A program made the translations under genes and the position numbers. DNA of 64,000 bases from Candidatus Omnitrophota bacterium. GTDB taxonomy: Bacteria; Omnitrophota; Gorgyraeia; Gygaellales; Profunditerraquicolaceae. Numbering within the stretch: the first letter of the stretch is position 1; each line of letters begins with the position of its first letter. The notes beneath the pieces were generated by a model. That model had not been told where the DNA came from, searched no databases, and was given only the letters and a program-made list of their open reading frames with translations. Shown piece by piece: positions 18,215-30,199 of this stretch. The DNA is taken from assembly GCA_041651115.1 (NCBI GenBank), contig JBAZJY010000001.1, positions 453,165-517,164 on the forward strand. Direction: 5' to 3'.

Positions 18215-18780
18215 AAGCGATTTTCCTTGATCGTGACGGAGTAATCAACAAATATCCGGGAGATTTCCAATACGTAAGAGCCTGGAATGAATTTCATTTC
18301 CTTCCGCAGGCCTTGCCTGCGTTAAAGAAGCTTAATGCCGCAGGCTACAAAATATTCGTCATCTCAAACCAGGCGGGCGTAGCCAAGAAGATATATTCTC
18401 AGGCTGACCTTGATTTGATCACTGCCAATATGCTCGCCGGCCTGCGTAACGAAGGCATTGAAATTGAAGGAGTATTTTATTGCACGCACCTTCCGGATGA
18501 TAACTGCGAATGCAGAAAACCGAAGGCAGGCCTGGTGCATAAAGCGGTCGCCGCATTAAAGCAGCGGGGAGAAGGGATCGACTTTTCAAAGAGCTACTTT
18601 ATCGGCGATTCGGAAATGGACGTCCAAACCGGGATGTCCGTCGGCCTAAAAACTATCCTTGTGTTTTCCGGCAGGGAAAGGCCGGAAAACCGCAGCCGTT
18701 GGAAAAACCTGCCTGATTTCACCGCTATGGATTTATATGAAGCAGCGGAAATGATCGTTAACGCCTCACCTGACAAGTAA
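18211..18780 (+). CDS. gmhB: D-glycero-D-manno-heptose 1,7-bisphosphate phosphatase (HAD-IIIA)
   Basis: FLDRDGVIN (HAD motif I), VISNQAGV, and the zinc-binding C.H..(D)nCxCRKP signature characteristic of GmhB. Confidence 0.8.
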   Translation: MKAIFLDRDGVINKYPGDFQYVRAWNEFHFLPQALPALKKLNAAGYKIFVISNQAGVAKKIYSQADLDLITANMLAGLRNEGIEIEGVFYCTHLPDDNCECRKPKAGLVHKAVAALKQRGEGIDFSKSYFIGDSEMDVQTGMSVGLKTILVFSGRERPENRSRWKNLPDFTAMDLYEAAEMIVNASPDK

Positions 18781-18786
18781 AAGAAT

Positions 18787-19878
18787 ATGAAGATCTTTAT
18801 TATTTATGCCTCAGCCGGAGCAGGGCACCGTAAGGCTGCAGAGGCGATTTTTAATCACTTCAAAAGCAAGTCTCCTTCTGATGACGTCAGATTGATTGAC
18901 ATACTTGAAAAATGCAACCGCTTCTACGCAAAAGGTTACGTCGGCGGCTACCGCTTTCTGATCAATCACGCAGCATGGGCCTGGTCCGGGCTATTTAATG
19001 TTACCGCGGCTAAATCCACAAGGCTCCTTGCCGCCGCAATTATAAAATCCCTTGACCTCATCAACTCCAAAAAATTCTGTGAATTCATTGTCCGCGAACA
19101 GCCGGATATCGTCATCTCCACGCATTTTATGCCGCCGGAAATACTGGGGCACTTAAAACAAAAAGGGAAGATCAAAACAAGATTGATCACCGTAATCACC
19201 GATTTCGGAGTGCATCCGCTATGGGTAAATTCCGGCACTGATACCTACGTAGTCGCCTCTTCGTTATCAAAAGAATACCTTTTAAAAAAAGATATTGGGA
19301 ACGCCCAGGTATGGGAATTAGGCATACCGATAGATAAGAACTTCTCCGCGGCACACGACAAAAAAACGACAAAGAGAAAACTCGGCCTTTCACCGGATAA
19401 ATTCACGCTGCTGATCACCACCGGTTCATTCGGGATAGGCCCGGTAAAAGAAATTATCGCTTCCTTATGCGGCGAGATACAGATAATCGTGGTCTGCGCA
19501 AAAAACAAAAAGCTTTATAGCCGGCTGATCAGCGCGGCATTCGCCGGCGTGAAAGTTTTTGGGTTCGTGGATAATATTTACGAGCTGATGTCCGCTTCGG
19601 ACATTGTAATTGCCAAGCCCGGGGGATTGACTACATCGGAAATCTTAAGCATGGAACTGGTGCCGGTTTTCATTTCGCCTATCCCGGGCCAGGAAATGCA
19701 CAATTTGGCGGTAATGCAGCAGTTCGGCGTCGGCAAATATGGCGCCTGCCCTGAAGAGATAAAAAAGATCGTCCTGGATTACCGTGACAACCCCGCCAAG
19801 CTCGCGCAGGAAAAAGAGATCATTAAAAAGATCAAAAAACCCCATTCCGCAGAAGACCTTTACAATGCCTTACGCTAA
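18787..19878 (+). CDS. GT28-family glycosyltransferase (MGDG synthase/MurG-like)
   Basis: KIFIIYASAGAGHRKAAEAI N-terminus typical of monogalactosyldiacylglycerol synthase-like GT28 enzymes. Confidence 0.6.
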   Translation: MKIFIIYASAGAGHRKAAEAIFNHFKSKSPSDDVRLIDILEKCNRFYAKGYVGGYRFLINHAAWAWSGLFNVTAAKSTRLLAAAIIKSLDLINSKKFCEFIVREQPDIVISTHFMPPEILGHLKQKGKIKTRLITVITDFGVHPLWVNSGTDTYVVASSLSKEYLLKKDIGNAQVWELGIPIDKNFSAAHDKKTTKRKLGLSPDKFTLLITTGSFGIGPVKEIIASLCGEIQIIVVCAKNKKLYSRLISAAFAGVKVFGFVDNIYELMSASDIVIAKPGGLTTSEILSMELVPVFISPIPGQEMHNLAVMQQFGVGKYGACPEEIKKIVLDYRDNPAKLAQEKEIIKKIKKPHSAEDLYNALR

Positions 19879-21670
19879 GGTAGTTTTCGGCCTGCCAATA
19901 GAAGGGCCGTTTGATTACATCATCCCGCAGGGCTTGCGCAAAAAAACCGCTGCCGGAAGCCGGGTTATCGTTTCCTTCGGTAACCGCAAGCTTACCGGTT
20001 ATATAGTGGCAGTAACCCGCCAAACCAACGTAAGAAACCTTAAAAGCATTATTCAAGCTCCCGATGAAACGCCCATCCTGAACAAGAATATGCTGCTTAC
20101 GGCAGAAAAATTATCGGAGTATTACTGCTGTTCATGGGGAGAGGCAATTGAGGCAATGCTGCCCGCGGGCTTACGTGCAGGGAAGGTAATCGCGTTGACT
20201 GGCCATGCCCATCCGAGAAATAACTCCCAAACTACTAAACCAATGCTTTTGCACGCAACAGAGCTAACGCAAAGATGGAAGCAATTTTATCTTCAAAGAA
20301 TAAGGGAGGCCTTGAACGCAAAGAAAAAAGTGATTATCCTGCTTCCGGATAACGAATCAATCCCCGCGGCGGAAAAAATAATAAGGGATAATTTTAAAAA
20401 TCCGGCCAGCGCCTTGATCCGCAGCCACCCCGAAGAATTAAAACGTTGGATAGAAATAAAAGAAGGTAAAGTTGATATTATCATCGGCACGCGTTCGGCG
20501 GTATTTGCCCCGGTAGAAGATCTCGGCCTTATAATCGTTGACGAAGAGCATGCTTATGGCTATAAGCAGGACCAGGTGCCGCATTACCATGCCCGGGAAG
20601 CTGCATTGCTGCGCGCAGCCATTGATAAATCCGCGATAATATTAGGCAGCAGCTCTCCTTCCCTGGAAAGCATTTACGCGGCAAAAAAAGGCAAGTTAGG
20701 GTATTTGCGGCTGCCGCGGATAAAAAGATACCCGGAAATAAAGGTCATTGATACAAAAAGGCTGCCGTTATTTTCGCCAAAAAAAAATGCGGTTTTTAGC
20801 CGCTACCTTGAAGACTGCATTGGGCAGTCGCTGGCAGCCGGAGAAAAAGTACTGCTTTTCTTGAACCGCCTGGGATTTGCCACTTCCGCCACCTGCGTAA
20901 GCTGCGGTGCCACGATAAAGTGCCCGCGCTGCAGCATAAACCTTGTCCTGCATTATAAGGAAAACTTGCTTATCTGCCACTATTGTAATTTTAAAATGGC
21001 GCCTCCAAAACTTTGCCCGGAATGTAATGCCGGATACCTGCATTACCGCGGCGCAGGCACGGAAAAAATTGAAAGCGAGCTGGCGCGGATATTTCCCCAG
21101 GCAGGGGCAACAGACATCATCGTCTCATCGCAGTCAATAATCAAAGAACCGGGGCGTAACTTCGGGTTGATCGGAGTCCTCTCCATTGACAATACCTTAA
21201 ACCACCCTGACTTCCGCTCATCCGAAAAAGCCTTCAGGATACTGAACGGATTATGCGCTCTCACCGATAAGAAGATGGTTATCCAAACCGGGCTGCCGCA
21301 AAACCATATTTTTGCTTCCCTGGCAAACAGTGACCCGGATATATTCTACGATAAAGAAATTAAACAAAGAAGGGAACTTGATTTTCCGCCTACGCGCCAT
21401 TTCGGACTTTTAAAACTGCGCGGTAAATATCCGGCGGCCGTGGAACTGGCAGCTAAAGCTTTATTTGATAAACTGACGGAAGATAAAGGCAAAAGCGCGC
21501 AAGGATTATCCGTAAATCCCGGATCACCCGCAAAACTGCGCGGCAATTATTATTGGCAAATTCTCATCCGCGCACGATCAGCTCCGGAGATCGGAAAATT
21601 CCTAAAAACCCATTTACACGGACTGAAACATTCAGGTATAATAGTCACCGTAGACATTGACCCGGTTTAA
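19865..21670 (+). CDS. priA: Primosomal protein N' (PriA) with degenerate Walker A
   Basis: PriA N-terminal 3'-end-binding domain (VVFGLPIEGPFDYIIP), DEEH box (IIVDEEH), and a Cys4 zinc-binding insert (CVSCG...CPRC...CHYCN...CPEC). Start is at ATG 19865 (MPYAKVV) inside the track ORF. The canonical GSGKT P-loop is absent. Confidence 0.75.
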   Translation: MPYAKVVFGLPIEGPFDYIIPQGLRKKTAAGSRVIVSFGNRKLTGYIVAVTRQTNVRNLKSIIQAPDETPILNKNMLLTAEKLSEYYCCSWGEAIEAMLPAGLRAGKVIALTGHAHPRNNSQTTKPMLLHATELTQRWKQFYLQRIREALNAKKKVIILLPDNESIPAAEKIIRDNFKNPASALIRSHPEELKRWIEIKEGKVDIIIGTRSAVFAPVEDLGLIIVDEEHAYGYKQDQVPHYHAREAALLRAAIDKSAIILGSSSPSLESIYAAKKGKLGYLRLPRIKRYPEIKVIDTKRLPLFSPKKNAVFSRYLEDCIGQSLAAGEKVLLFLNRLGFATSATCVSCGATIKCPRCSINLVLHYKENLLICHYCNFKMAPPKLCPECNAGYLHYRGAGTEKIESELARIFPQAGATDIIVSSQSIIKEPGRNFGLIGVLSIDNTLNHPDFRSSEKAFRILNGLCALTDKKMVIQTGLPQNHIFASLANSDPDIFYDKEIKQRRELDFPPTRHFGLLKLRGKYPAAVELAAKALFDKLTEDKGKSAQGLSVNPGSPAKLRGNYYWQILIRARSAPEIGKFLKTHLHGLKHSGIIVTVDIDPV

Positions 21671-21686
21671 ACAACAGGACTGAATA

Positions 21687-22634
21687 ATGAACATAGTTTT
21701 TTTCGGCAGCGCACATTTTGGATTACCATCACTTAAGGCCTTGATCAATGCCGGGCATAAAATAACTTGCGTAGTGACGCAGCCGGACAGAAAAAAAGGC
21801 CGCGGTATGGGCCTGGCAAAGACCCCGATCAAGGAATTCGCGCAAGAAAACAGCCTTACGGTCTACCAGCCGGAAAATATCAATACCGCAGAAAGCGTCG
21901 CGTTATTAAAAAATTTAAATTCCGATCTCTTTGTAGTAATTGCCTACGGCCAGCTATTATCGCGCCAGCTCCTGGATATTCCCGCGATAATGCCGTTAAA
22001 TGTCCATGCCTCAATATTGCCTTTTTATCGCGGAGCAGCTCCGATCAATTGGGCAATCATAAAAGGAGAAACAAAAACCGGGGTAACGATCATAAAAATG
22101 GCGGAAAAGATGGATGCCGGGCCAATGATCGCGACAAAAGAAACGGCAATCAATCCGGAAGACGACTTTTTTTCTCTGGAGGCAAGGCTTTCCGAGCTTG
22201 GCGCAGCCCTGCTGAATGAAACTATTGTTGCGATTGCCGCAAATAATTACCGCCTGATTGAACAGGATGAAAATAAAGCGACTTTTGCCCCCAAGCTAAA
22301 AAAAGAAAACGGCCTGATCAACTGGAGCTGTCCGGCAAACGAGGTCTATGACCTGATACGCGGCTTAAGCGGCTGGCCTGCTGCGTTTACGTATTATAAG
22401 GGAAAATTGTTAAAACTGCTCCGGGCGGAGATTTCCGGGCTTGCGGACAGCCGCGCCAGACCTGCGCCGGGAGAAATAATCGCCGTTTCCAAAGACAACA
22501 TCGCGGTAGCAACAAAAAAAGGAAGCCTGCTGGTCAAAATATTGCAGATAGAAGGAAAAAGGCAGATGACCGCGCAAGAATTCATTACCGGCCATAAAAC
22601 CTCTTCAGGAGACCGCTTCTTAGATAGAAAATAG
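21687..22634 (+). CDS. fmt: Methionyl-tRNA formyltransferase
   Basis: IVFFGSAHFGLPSLKALI..., HASILPFYRGAAPINWAII (formyltransferase SLLP/HxSLLP region), C-terminal Fmt domain. Confidence 0.85.
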   Translation: MNIVFFGSAHFGLPSLKALINAGHKITCVVTQPDRKKGRGMGLAKTPIKEFAQENSLTVYQPENINTAESVALLKNLNSDLFVVIAYGQLLSRQLLDIPAIMPLNVHASILPFYRGAAPINWAIIKGETKTGVTIIKMAEKMDAGPMIATKETAINPEDDFFSLEARLSELGAALLNETIVAIAANNYRLIEQDENKATFAPKLKKENGLINWSCPANEVYDLIRGLSGWPAAFTYYKGKLLKLLRAEISGLADSRARPAPGEIIAVSKDNIAVATKKGSLLVKILQIEGKRQMTAQEFITGHKTSSGDRFLDRK

Positions 22635-22670
22635 TTGCAATCCTGCCAAAGTGTGATAAAATTTTTTTCT

Positions 22671-23698
22671 ATGCCAGAACTACGTAAAGATCCGATTATC
22701 GGCAGATGGGTGATCATTGCCACGGACCGGGCAAAAAGGCCTGATCAGTTCAGTTGCCTTGCCGGAGAAAATCCGCCGGAAATACAGCCTTGCCCGTTTT
22801 GCGAAGGCAACGAATCCGACACCCCAAAAGAAATATACGCCGTGCGCCAGAAAAATACCCTCCCGAATAAACCGGGATGGGAATTAAGAGCGGTACCGAG
22901 CATTTCCCCGTTTTTAAGGATAGAAGGCGACCTTGACCGCAGAGGCAAGGGCATCTACGACCTGATGAACGGCATCGGCGCGCACGAAGTGATCATTGAA
23001 ACTAAGCAGCACGCAACGGATATTACCGAGCTTGACGAAGAGCAGATCGCAAAAGTCCTGACCTGTTATATTGACAGGATGGTTGACCTTGAACGCGATA
23101 AGCGCTTTAAATACGTAATGGTATTTAAGAATCACGGCTGGTCAGCCGGAGGCGGCAGGATCAATCACTCCAAGTCGCAACTGATCGCCACTCCCGTAAA
23201 CCCCAAACGCGTCAAGGAAGAGCTCGTGGGCGCAAAGCACTATTATAATTATCATGAGAGATGCGTGTTTTGCGACCTGATAAAACAAGAGATAGAAGCA
23301 AAAGAAAGAGTGGTTGTTGACCTGGACGGTTTTATTGCTATCAGCCCGTTTGCCGCGCGGTTTCCTTTTGAAACCTGGATCTTTCCCAAAGCGCATTCCT
23401 GCGATTTTGTCAGCCTTGACATGGCAGGCCGCTTCAATTTAGCTAAGATAATGAAAAAAACCCTGGCAAAGCTAAAGAAGGGATTGAATGACCCGCCTTA
23501 TAATTACGTAATTCATACGGCGCCGTTCCGCCGGCAAAAAGCAGGCCACTGGAAAACCATAGATCATGATTATCACTGGCACATAGAAATTATTCCCCGG
23601 CTGACGCGCGTAGCCGGATTTGAATGGGGCACCGGCTTTTATATTTGCCCGCTAACGCCTGAAGACGCGGCAAAGTTTTTAAGAGAGGTGGGGGTATA

Positions 23699-23699
<1 letters not shown>
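22671..23699 (+). CDS. GalT-like HIT-family protein (galactose-1-phosphate uridylyltransferase-like) lacking the nucleophile His
   Basis: Zinc motif CPFCEGNE, AHEVIIE; at the active site HSKSQ replaces HPHxQ. C-terminal HIT half-domain VAGFEWGTGFY. Start is at ATG 22671 (MPELRKDPIIGRW). Confidence 0.6.
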
Positions 23700-25779
<2,080 letters not shown>

Positions 25780-25785
25780 GTTATA

Positions 25786-25912
25786 CTAGGTTATGGTTAA
25801 GGTTAGGGCCAGGATGCCGGTATGGTTTAGGGTTAAGGTCAGGTCATTGATACTTAACCTTAACCTATTTACCATACTGGCTTCATAACCTTAACCATAA
25901 CCTTAACCTAAT
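25786..25912. repeat. Long imperfect inverted repeat/hairpin (~60-nt arms) built from GGTTA(A/T)/TTAGGG-like short repeats
   Basis: Left arm TAGGTTATGGTTAAGGTTAGGG...GGTTTAGGGTTAAGGTCAGG is complementary to right arm CTTAACCTTAACC...CATAACCTTAACCATAACCTTAACCTA; it fills the whole gap-to-downstream-gene intergenic region. Confidence 0.55.
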
Positions 25913-25917
25913 CTGCA

Positions 25918-28188
25918 ATGCTAACCCTAGCCGTTTTAATCATCGGTTTCAGCGGGTTACTGGCGCAGACAGTGCTGCTGCGCGAGCTGCTGGTCAGCTA
26001 TCTTGGCAATGAACTCACTCTGGGGATCATCTTATCCGGCTGGCTGACCGGCGAAGCGCTGGGAGTTTTTACGATCAGCCGGATCATTGACAGGGTAGCT
26101 GCCAAAGCCGGAGTTTTTGCTCTGCTACAAATAATTTTCTCAATTGCCTTTCCCGCCTCTGTATATTTAGCGCGCACCTTCAAAAGCATTACCGGCCTTG
26201 CCGCAGGAGAAGCAACTGGCCTGCCGCTTATTTTTTATTCCGCATTCCTAGTGATGCTACCCGCGGCATTCTGCCATGCCGGGCTTTTCAGCTGCGGTTG
26301 CAAGCTTTTCTCGCTGGCACAAGAACAAACACAAGAAGCAAAAGCCGCCTCAATCGCAAAAATTTACGCGCTGGAAATCACCGGCACGATCATCGCCGGT
26401 TTTATGCTGACGTATGTCCTGTTATCCCGCTATGATTCTTTTCAGATCGCTTTTATGGCAGCCGCGGCCAGCCTTTTAGTAAATATCCCATTCCTCAACC
26501 TGCCGCGCCTGAAAATCTTAAAATACCTGAATTTTTCGCTCGCCGGCGTTTTTATTTATCTGATCATTTCAGGATCCAGCGCATACTTCCAAAAGGCATC
26601 GGTTGATAAACAATTCAGCTCCGGGAAAGTCATTGATTACCGTAACTCCGTATACGGGAATACCGCCGTAGTAAAAAATGAGGGGCAATACACGTTTTTC
26701 TATAACGGAGTACCCAGCGTAGTCGCGCCGCTGCCGGATATAACCTTTAGCGAAGAATTCGGAAATCTGCCGCTTTTATTCCACCCTGAACCGAAAAAGA
26801 TCCTGATTATCGGCGCCGGTAGCGGAGGGCTGATCAATGAAATATTAAAATACTCCGCAGAAACGATCGACTATGTTGAGCTTGACCCGTTATTTATTGC
26901 TGCCTTAAAAAGAATATCAATCAGCCCGCTAAAAGAGGAACTTACTAACGCACGGGTCAATATCGTAATTGCAGACGGCAGGGCATTCTTGCGCAGGCAA
27001 CATTCCGGATATGACGTAATACTGGTAGGCTTGTCCAGCCCGCGCGATTTATCTACAAACCGGTTTTTTACCGCAGATTTTTTCGCGCTCGCGGCAGAAA
27101 GATTAAACCCCGGCGGCATCCTGTCGTTCTGCCTTCCCGGATCGCTTACCTATTTGAGCAGTGAGCTGAAAAACATCAATGCCTGTATTTTTAACGCGGC
27201 AAAAATGAGCTTTCCCTACGTACGCATTATACCGGGAGATTATAATATCTTTCTTACTTCCACCTCCCCGGCAATTATGGAAACCGGAGCAGGCCAACTG
27301 TCCGGCCGGCTGGCCAGCCTTAATGTCAAAACTAATTTGCTGGTCCCGGCGCATATTGAATACCGCCTAAACCGCCGCTGGGCCGACTGGTTTAACCGCT
27401 CGATGGCAGGCGCCACTACCAAAATTAACCGCGATACCCGGCCAATCGCAGTATTTGAATCGCTGATATTATGGAATAAACAATTTTCATCTGCCGTTGC
27501 CGCCGGCCTTATCAGGCTTTCGCGCATTAATCTGAAAATATCCCTGTCATTTGTCATTCTGGCTGCCTACTTATTCTTTCTTCTGATCTTTTTCCGTAGA
27601 AAGAAGAGGCAATCCTTAAGCGCTGCCTTTTCCATTGCCACTACCGGATTTTTCGGCATGCTTATCAGCCTGGTGATCATATTTTTGTTCCAGATCCGTT
27701 ATGGAAGCATTTACCGGGAAATCGGCATCCTTACCAGCTTATTCATGGCCGGATCGGCAATCGGTAGTATCATCAGCTTGCGGCTCTTAGCAAAGAAACA
27801 GGATGACCATGCTGCCGACTTATTGATCCGGGTGGAAGCAAGGATCATTTTGTTTATTACCACCGTAATATTACTGGCCGGTTTCCTGCGTTACAGCCAT
27901 TTTGCTTACCCGGCATTTTTGATAATTTCGTTTATTGCCGGGATGCTGGTAGGCATGGAATTCCCGATAGCAGGAAGGATCTACATCAGCAAAGGAAAGC
28001 CGGTAGGCGAAACTTCCGGCGGGCTTTATTTTGTTGACCTTGCCGGAGGCTGCCTTGCCGGTGTCTTAGGCGGCGTGCTTTTACTGCCGGTAATCGGCAT
28101 AGAGGGCACCTGCCTGACGCTGGCAGTACTTAAACTATCCAGCCTAAGCATGTTGATTTTCGCGAAAATACCGCAAAAAAAACTTTGA
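25918..28188 (+). CDS. Membrane-embedded polyamine aminopropyltransferase (spermidine synthase)-like protein
   Basis: 756 aa; N- and C-terminal multi-TM blocks flank a central SpeE-like domain (ILIIGAGSGGLINEILKY...VELDP...IVIADGRAFL). Confidence 0.6.
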   Translation: MLTLAVLIIGFSGLLAQTVLLRELLVSYLGNELTLGIILSGWLTGEALGVFTISRIIDRVAAKAGVFALLQIIFSIAFPASVYLARTFKSITGLAAGEATGLPLIFYSAFLVMLPAAFCHAGLFSCGCKLFSLAQEQTQEAKAASIAKIYALEITGTIIAGFMLTYVLLSRYDSFQIAFMAAAASLLVNIPFLNLPRLKILKYLNFSLAGVFIYLIISGSSAYFQKASVDKQFSSGKVIDYRNSVYGNTAVVKNEGQYTFFYNGVPSVVAPLPDITFSEEFGNLPLLFHPEPKKILIIGAGSGGLINEILKYSAETIDYVELDPLFIAALKRISISPLKEELTNARVNIVIADGRAFLRRQHSGYDVILVGLSSPRDLSTNRFFTADFFALAAERLNPGGILSFCLPGSLTYLSSELKNINACIFNAAKMSFPYVRIIPGDYNIFLTSTSPAIMETGAGQLSGRLASLNVKTNLLVPAHIEYRLNRRWADWFNRSMAGATTKINRDTRPIAVFESLILWNKQFSSAVAAGLIRLSRINLKISLSFVILAAYLFFLLIFFRRKKRQSLSAAFSIATTGFFGMLISLVIIFLFQIRYGSIYREIGILTSLFMAGSAIGSIISLRLLAKKQDDHAADLLIRVEARIILFITTVILLAGFLRYSHFAYPAFLIISFIAGMLVGMEFPIAGRIYISKGKPVGETSGGLYFVDLAGGCLAGVLGGVLLLPVIGIEGTCLTLAVLKLSSLSMLIFAKIPQKKL

Positions 28189-28212
28189 CAAAAAACCTGA
28201 TTGCTGTATACT
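28185..28212 (+). promoter_or_regulatory. Sigma70-like promoter for pgk (TTGACA, 16-nt spacer, TATACT)
   Basis: -35 TTGACA 28185-28190 (overlaps the upstream stop), -10 TATACT 28207-28212; RBS GAGGGAG before ATG 28249. Confidence 0.45.
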
Positions 28213-28248
28213 AATGATTTAATTTATATCCGTAGAGGGAGAATGCAA

Positions 28249-29430
28249 ATGGCTAAATTAACCGTAAAAGATATTGATATTAAAGGTAAGACTGTCCTAA
28301 TGCGCGCGGATTTCAACGTGCCGCAGGATGCTGCTTTGAATATAACCGATGATACGCGCATCAGGGCAACTTTACCGACGATCAAATATATAATTGAAAA
28401 CGGCGCTGCCAAACTTGTTCTGATCAGCCATTTAGGAAGGCCGGATGGAAAAGCCGTAGCAAAATACAGCCTTAAGCCCGCAGCTGTAAGGCTGCAGGAA
28501 TTACTTAAGCAGCCGGTGCTATTCCTGAATGAATGCGTAGGTGAAAACATCAAGGCGGACATTACCGCGGCAAAAGAAAAGGTTATTTTACTGGAAAATT
28601 TAAGGTTCCACGCCGAAGAAGAGGTCAATGACGCCGGTTTTGCCAAGCAACTCGCTTCCCTGGCAGACATTTTTGTCAATGATGCCTTTGGCACAGCGCA
28701 CAGGGCACATGCTTCAACCGAAGGCGTAACGCATTACCTTAAATCGGCTGCCGGATTTCTTCTTGGTAAAGAAATTGAATATCTGGGTAATGCCGTAAGC
28801 AACCCGCAAAGGCCGTTTGTCGTCATCCTCGGAGGCGCAAAGGTCTCCGATAAGATCGGCGTAATTGAAAATTTGCTGCCTAAATGCGACGCGATCATTA
28901 TCGGCGGAGGCATGGCATATACTTTTCTTAAAGCGCAGGGCAAAACAATCGGCAACTCAAAACTTGAAAAAGACAAACTTGACCTTGCAAAAACCATTTT
29001 AGAAAAAGCCAAACAGCTAAAAAAAGATATCCTTTTGCCGGTGGACAACTTAATCGTTGAAACCATTGACCCAAACGCAAAGACCGAACTGGTAGGAGAA
29101 AATATCCCGGACGGAAAAATCGCGGTTGATATAGGCCCGAAAACAATCGCTTTATTTGAGGAAAAGTTAAAAACCGCAAAAACGATCGTCTGGAACGGGC
29201 CGCTGGGCATATTTGAAATGGATGCCTTTAGCAAAGGCACGCAGGAAATCGCGGAATTCATTTCCGGCCTTAAGGCAGTTTCCATCATCGGCGGAGGAGA
29301 TACCGCCGCAGCAGTGGCAAAATTCAAACTGGAAGATAAAATGACGCACATCTCTACCGGCGGCGGAGCAAGCCTTGAGTTCTTGGAAGGAAAATCCCTG
29401 CCCGGTATAGCCGCGCTTACGGAGAAATAG
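28249..29430 (+). CDS. pgk: Phosphoglycerate kinase
   Basis: RADFNVP, ISHLGRP, FENLRFH, GGGASLE motifs; start at ATG 28249 (MAKLTVKDID). Confidence 0.9.
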   Translation: MAKLTVKDIDIKGKTVLMRADFNVPQDAALNITDDTRIRATLPTIKYIIENGAAKLVLISHLGRPDGKAVAKYSLKPAAVRLQELLKQPVLFLNECVGENIKADITAAKEKVILLENLRFHAEEEVNDAGFAKQLASLADIFVNDAFGTAHRAHASTEGVTHYLKSAAGFLLGKEIEYLGNAVSNPQRPFVVILGGAKVSDKIGVIENLLPKCDAIIIGGGMAYTFLKAQGKTIGNSKLEKDKLDLAKTILEKAKQLKKDILLPVDNLIVETIDPNAKTELVGENIPDGKIAVDIGPKTIALFEEKLKTAKTIVWNGPLGIFEMDAFSKGTQEIAEFISGLKAVSIIGGGDTAAAVAKFKLEDKMTHISTGGGASLEFLEGKSLPGIAALTEK

Positions 29431-29431
29431 A

Positions 29432-30199
29432 ATGAGACGAACGATCATCGCCGGAAACTGGAAGATGTACAAAACCATGAAGGACGGCCAGGAATTAGCA
29501 GTAGCCCTAAGAAGAGACCTTTATAAAATTGAAAATGTAGATATTGTGATTTGTCCGCCTTATACTTTACTTGCTTATCTGTCGGATGCCATTGAAACCA
29601 GCAATATAGCTTTAGGCGCCCAAGACTGCTATTGGCAGGAAGAAGGGGCGTTTACCGGGGAAATCTCCTGCAAAATGCTTAAAGATGCCGGCTGCGAGTT
29701 CGTGATCATCGGCCATTCCGAAAGAAGGCAGTATTTCGGGGAAACAAACGAATCCGTAAATAAAAAGATCAAGGCAGCTCTAACGGCCGGGCTCCTGCCG
29801 ATAGTCTGCGTAGGAGAGACCCTCGCGGAAAGAGAAGCTGACCGGACCTTTGACGTGCTTACCGATCATGTGCAAAACGGCCTTAAGGCTATGACTGCAG
29901 AAGAAATGGAAAAAGTGGTTATTGCATATGAGCCGGTATGGGCGATCGGCACGGGAAAAACCGCTACCCCGGCGCAGGCCCAGGAAGTGCATAAATTCAT
30001 ACGGGAGTTACTGGCCAAGCTTTTCGGAAAAGAAACGGCATCCGGCGTAAGGATCCAGTACGGCGGCAGCGTTAAACCGGAGAACATCGCCGAATTAATG
30101 AAACAGCCGGACATAGACGGCGCGCTGGTAGGCGGCGCCAGCCTGAACATAGAATCGTTCTCCACAATCGTAAAGAAAGCAAGTGAGGTAACTAAATGA
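29432..30199 (+). CDS. tpiA: Triosephosphate isomerase
   Basis: [31 protein letters not shown]. Confidence 0.9.
   Translation: MRRTIIAGNWKMYKTMKDGQELAVALRRDLYKIENVDIVICPPYTLLAYLSDAIETSNIALGAQDCYWQEEGAFTGEISCKMLKDAGCEFVIIGHSERRQYFGETNESVNKKIKAALTAGLLPIVCVGETLAEREADRTFDVLTDHVQNGLKAMTAEEMEKVVIAYEPVWAIGTGKTATPAQAQEVHKFIRELLAKLFGKETASGVRIQYGGSVKPENIAELMKQPDIDGALVGGASLNIESFSTIVKKASEVTK

Noticed and set aside
21767-22219. 150-aa + strand ORF in an alternative frame inside fmt.
   Set aside because: It overlaps the conserved Fmt catalytic region in another frame. The translation is Arg/Lys-rich with no domain and is a frame artefact.
25836-25860. SRP-RNA-like AGGTCAGGTC string inside the 25.8-kb hairpin.
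   Set aside because: Only a 10-nt resemblance to the 4.5S RNA domain IV. The surrounding sequence lacks the conserved GGAA tetraloop context and overall length.
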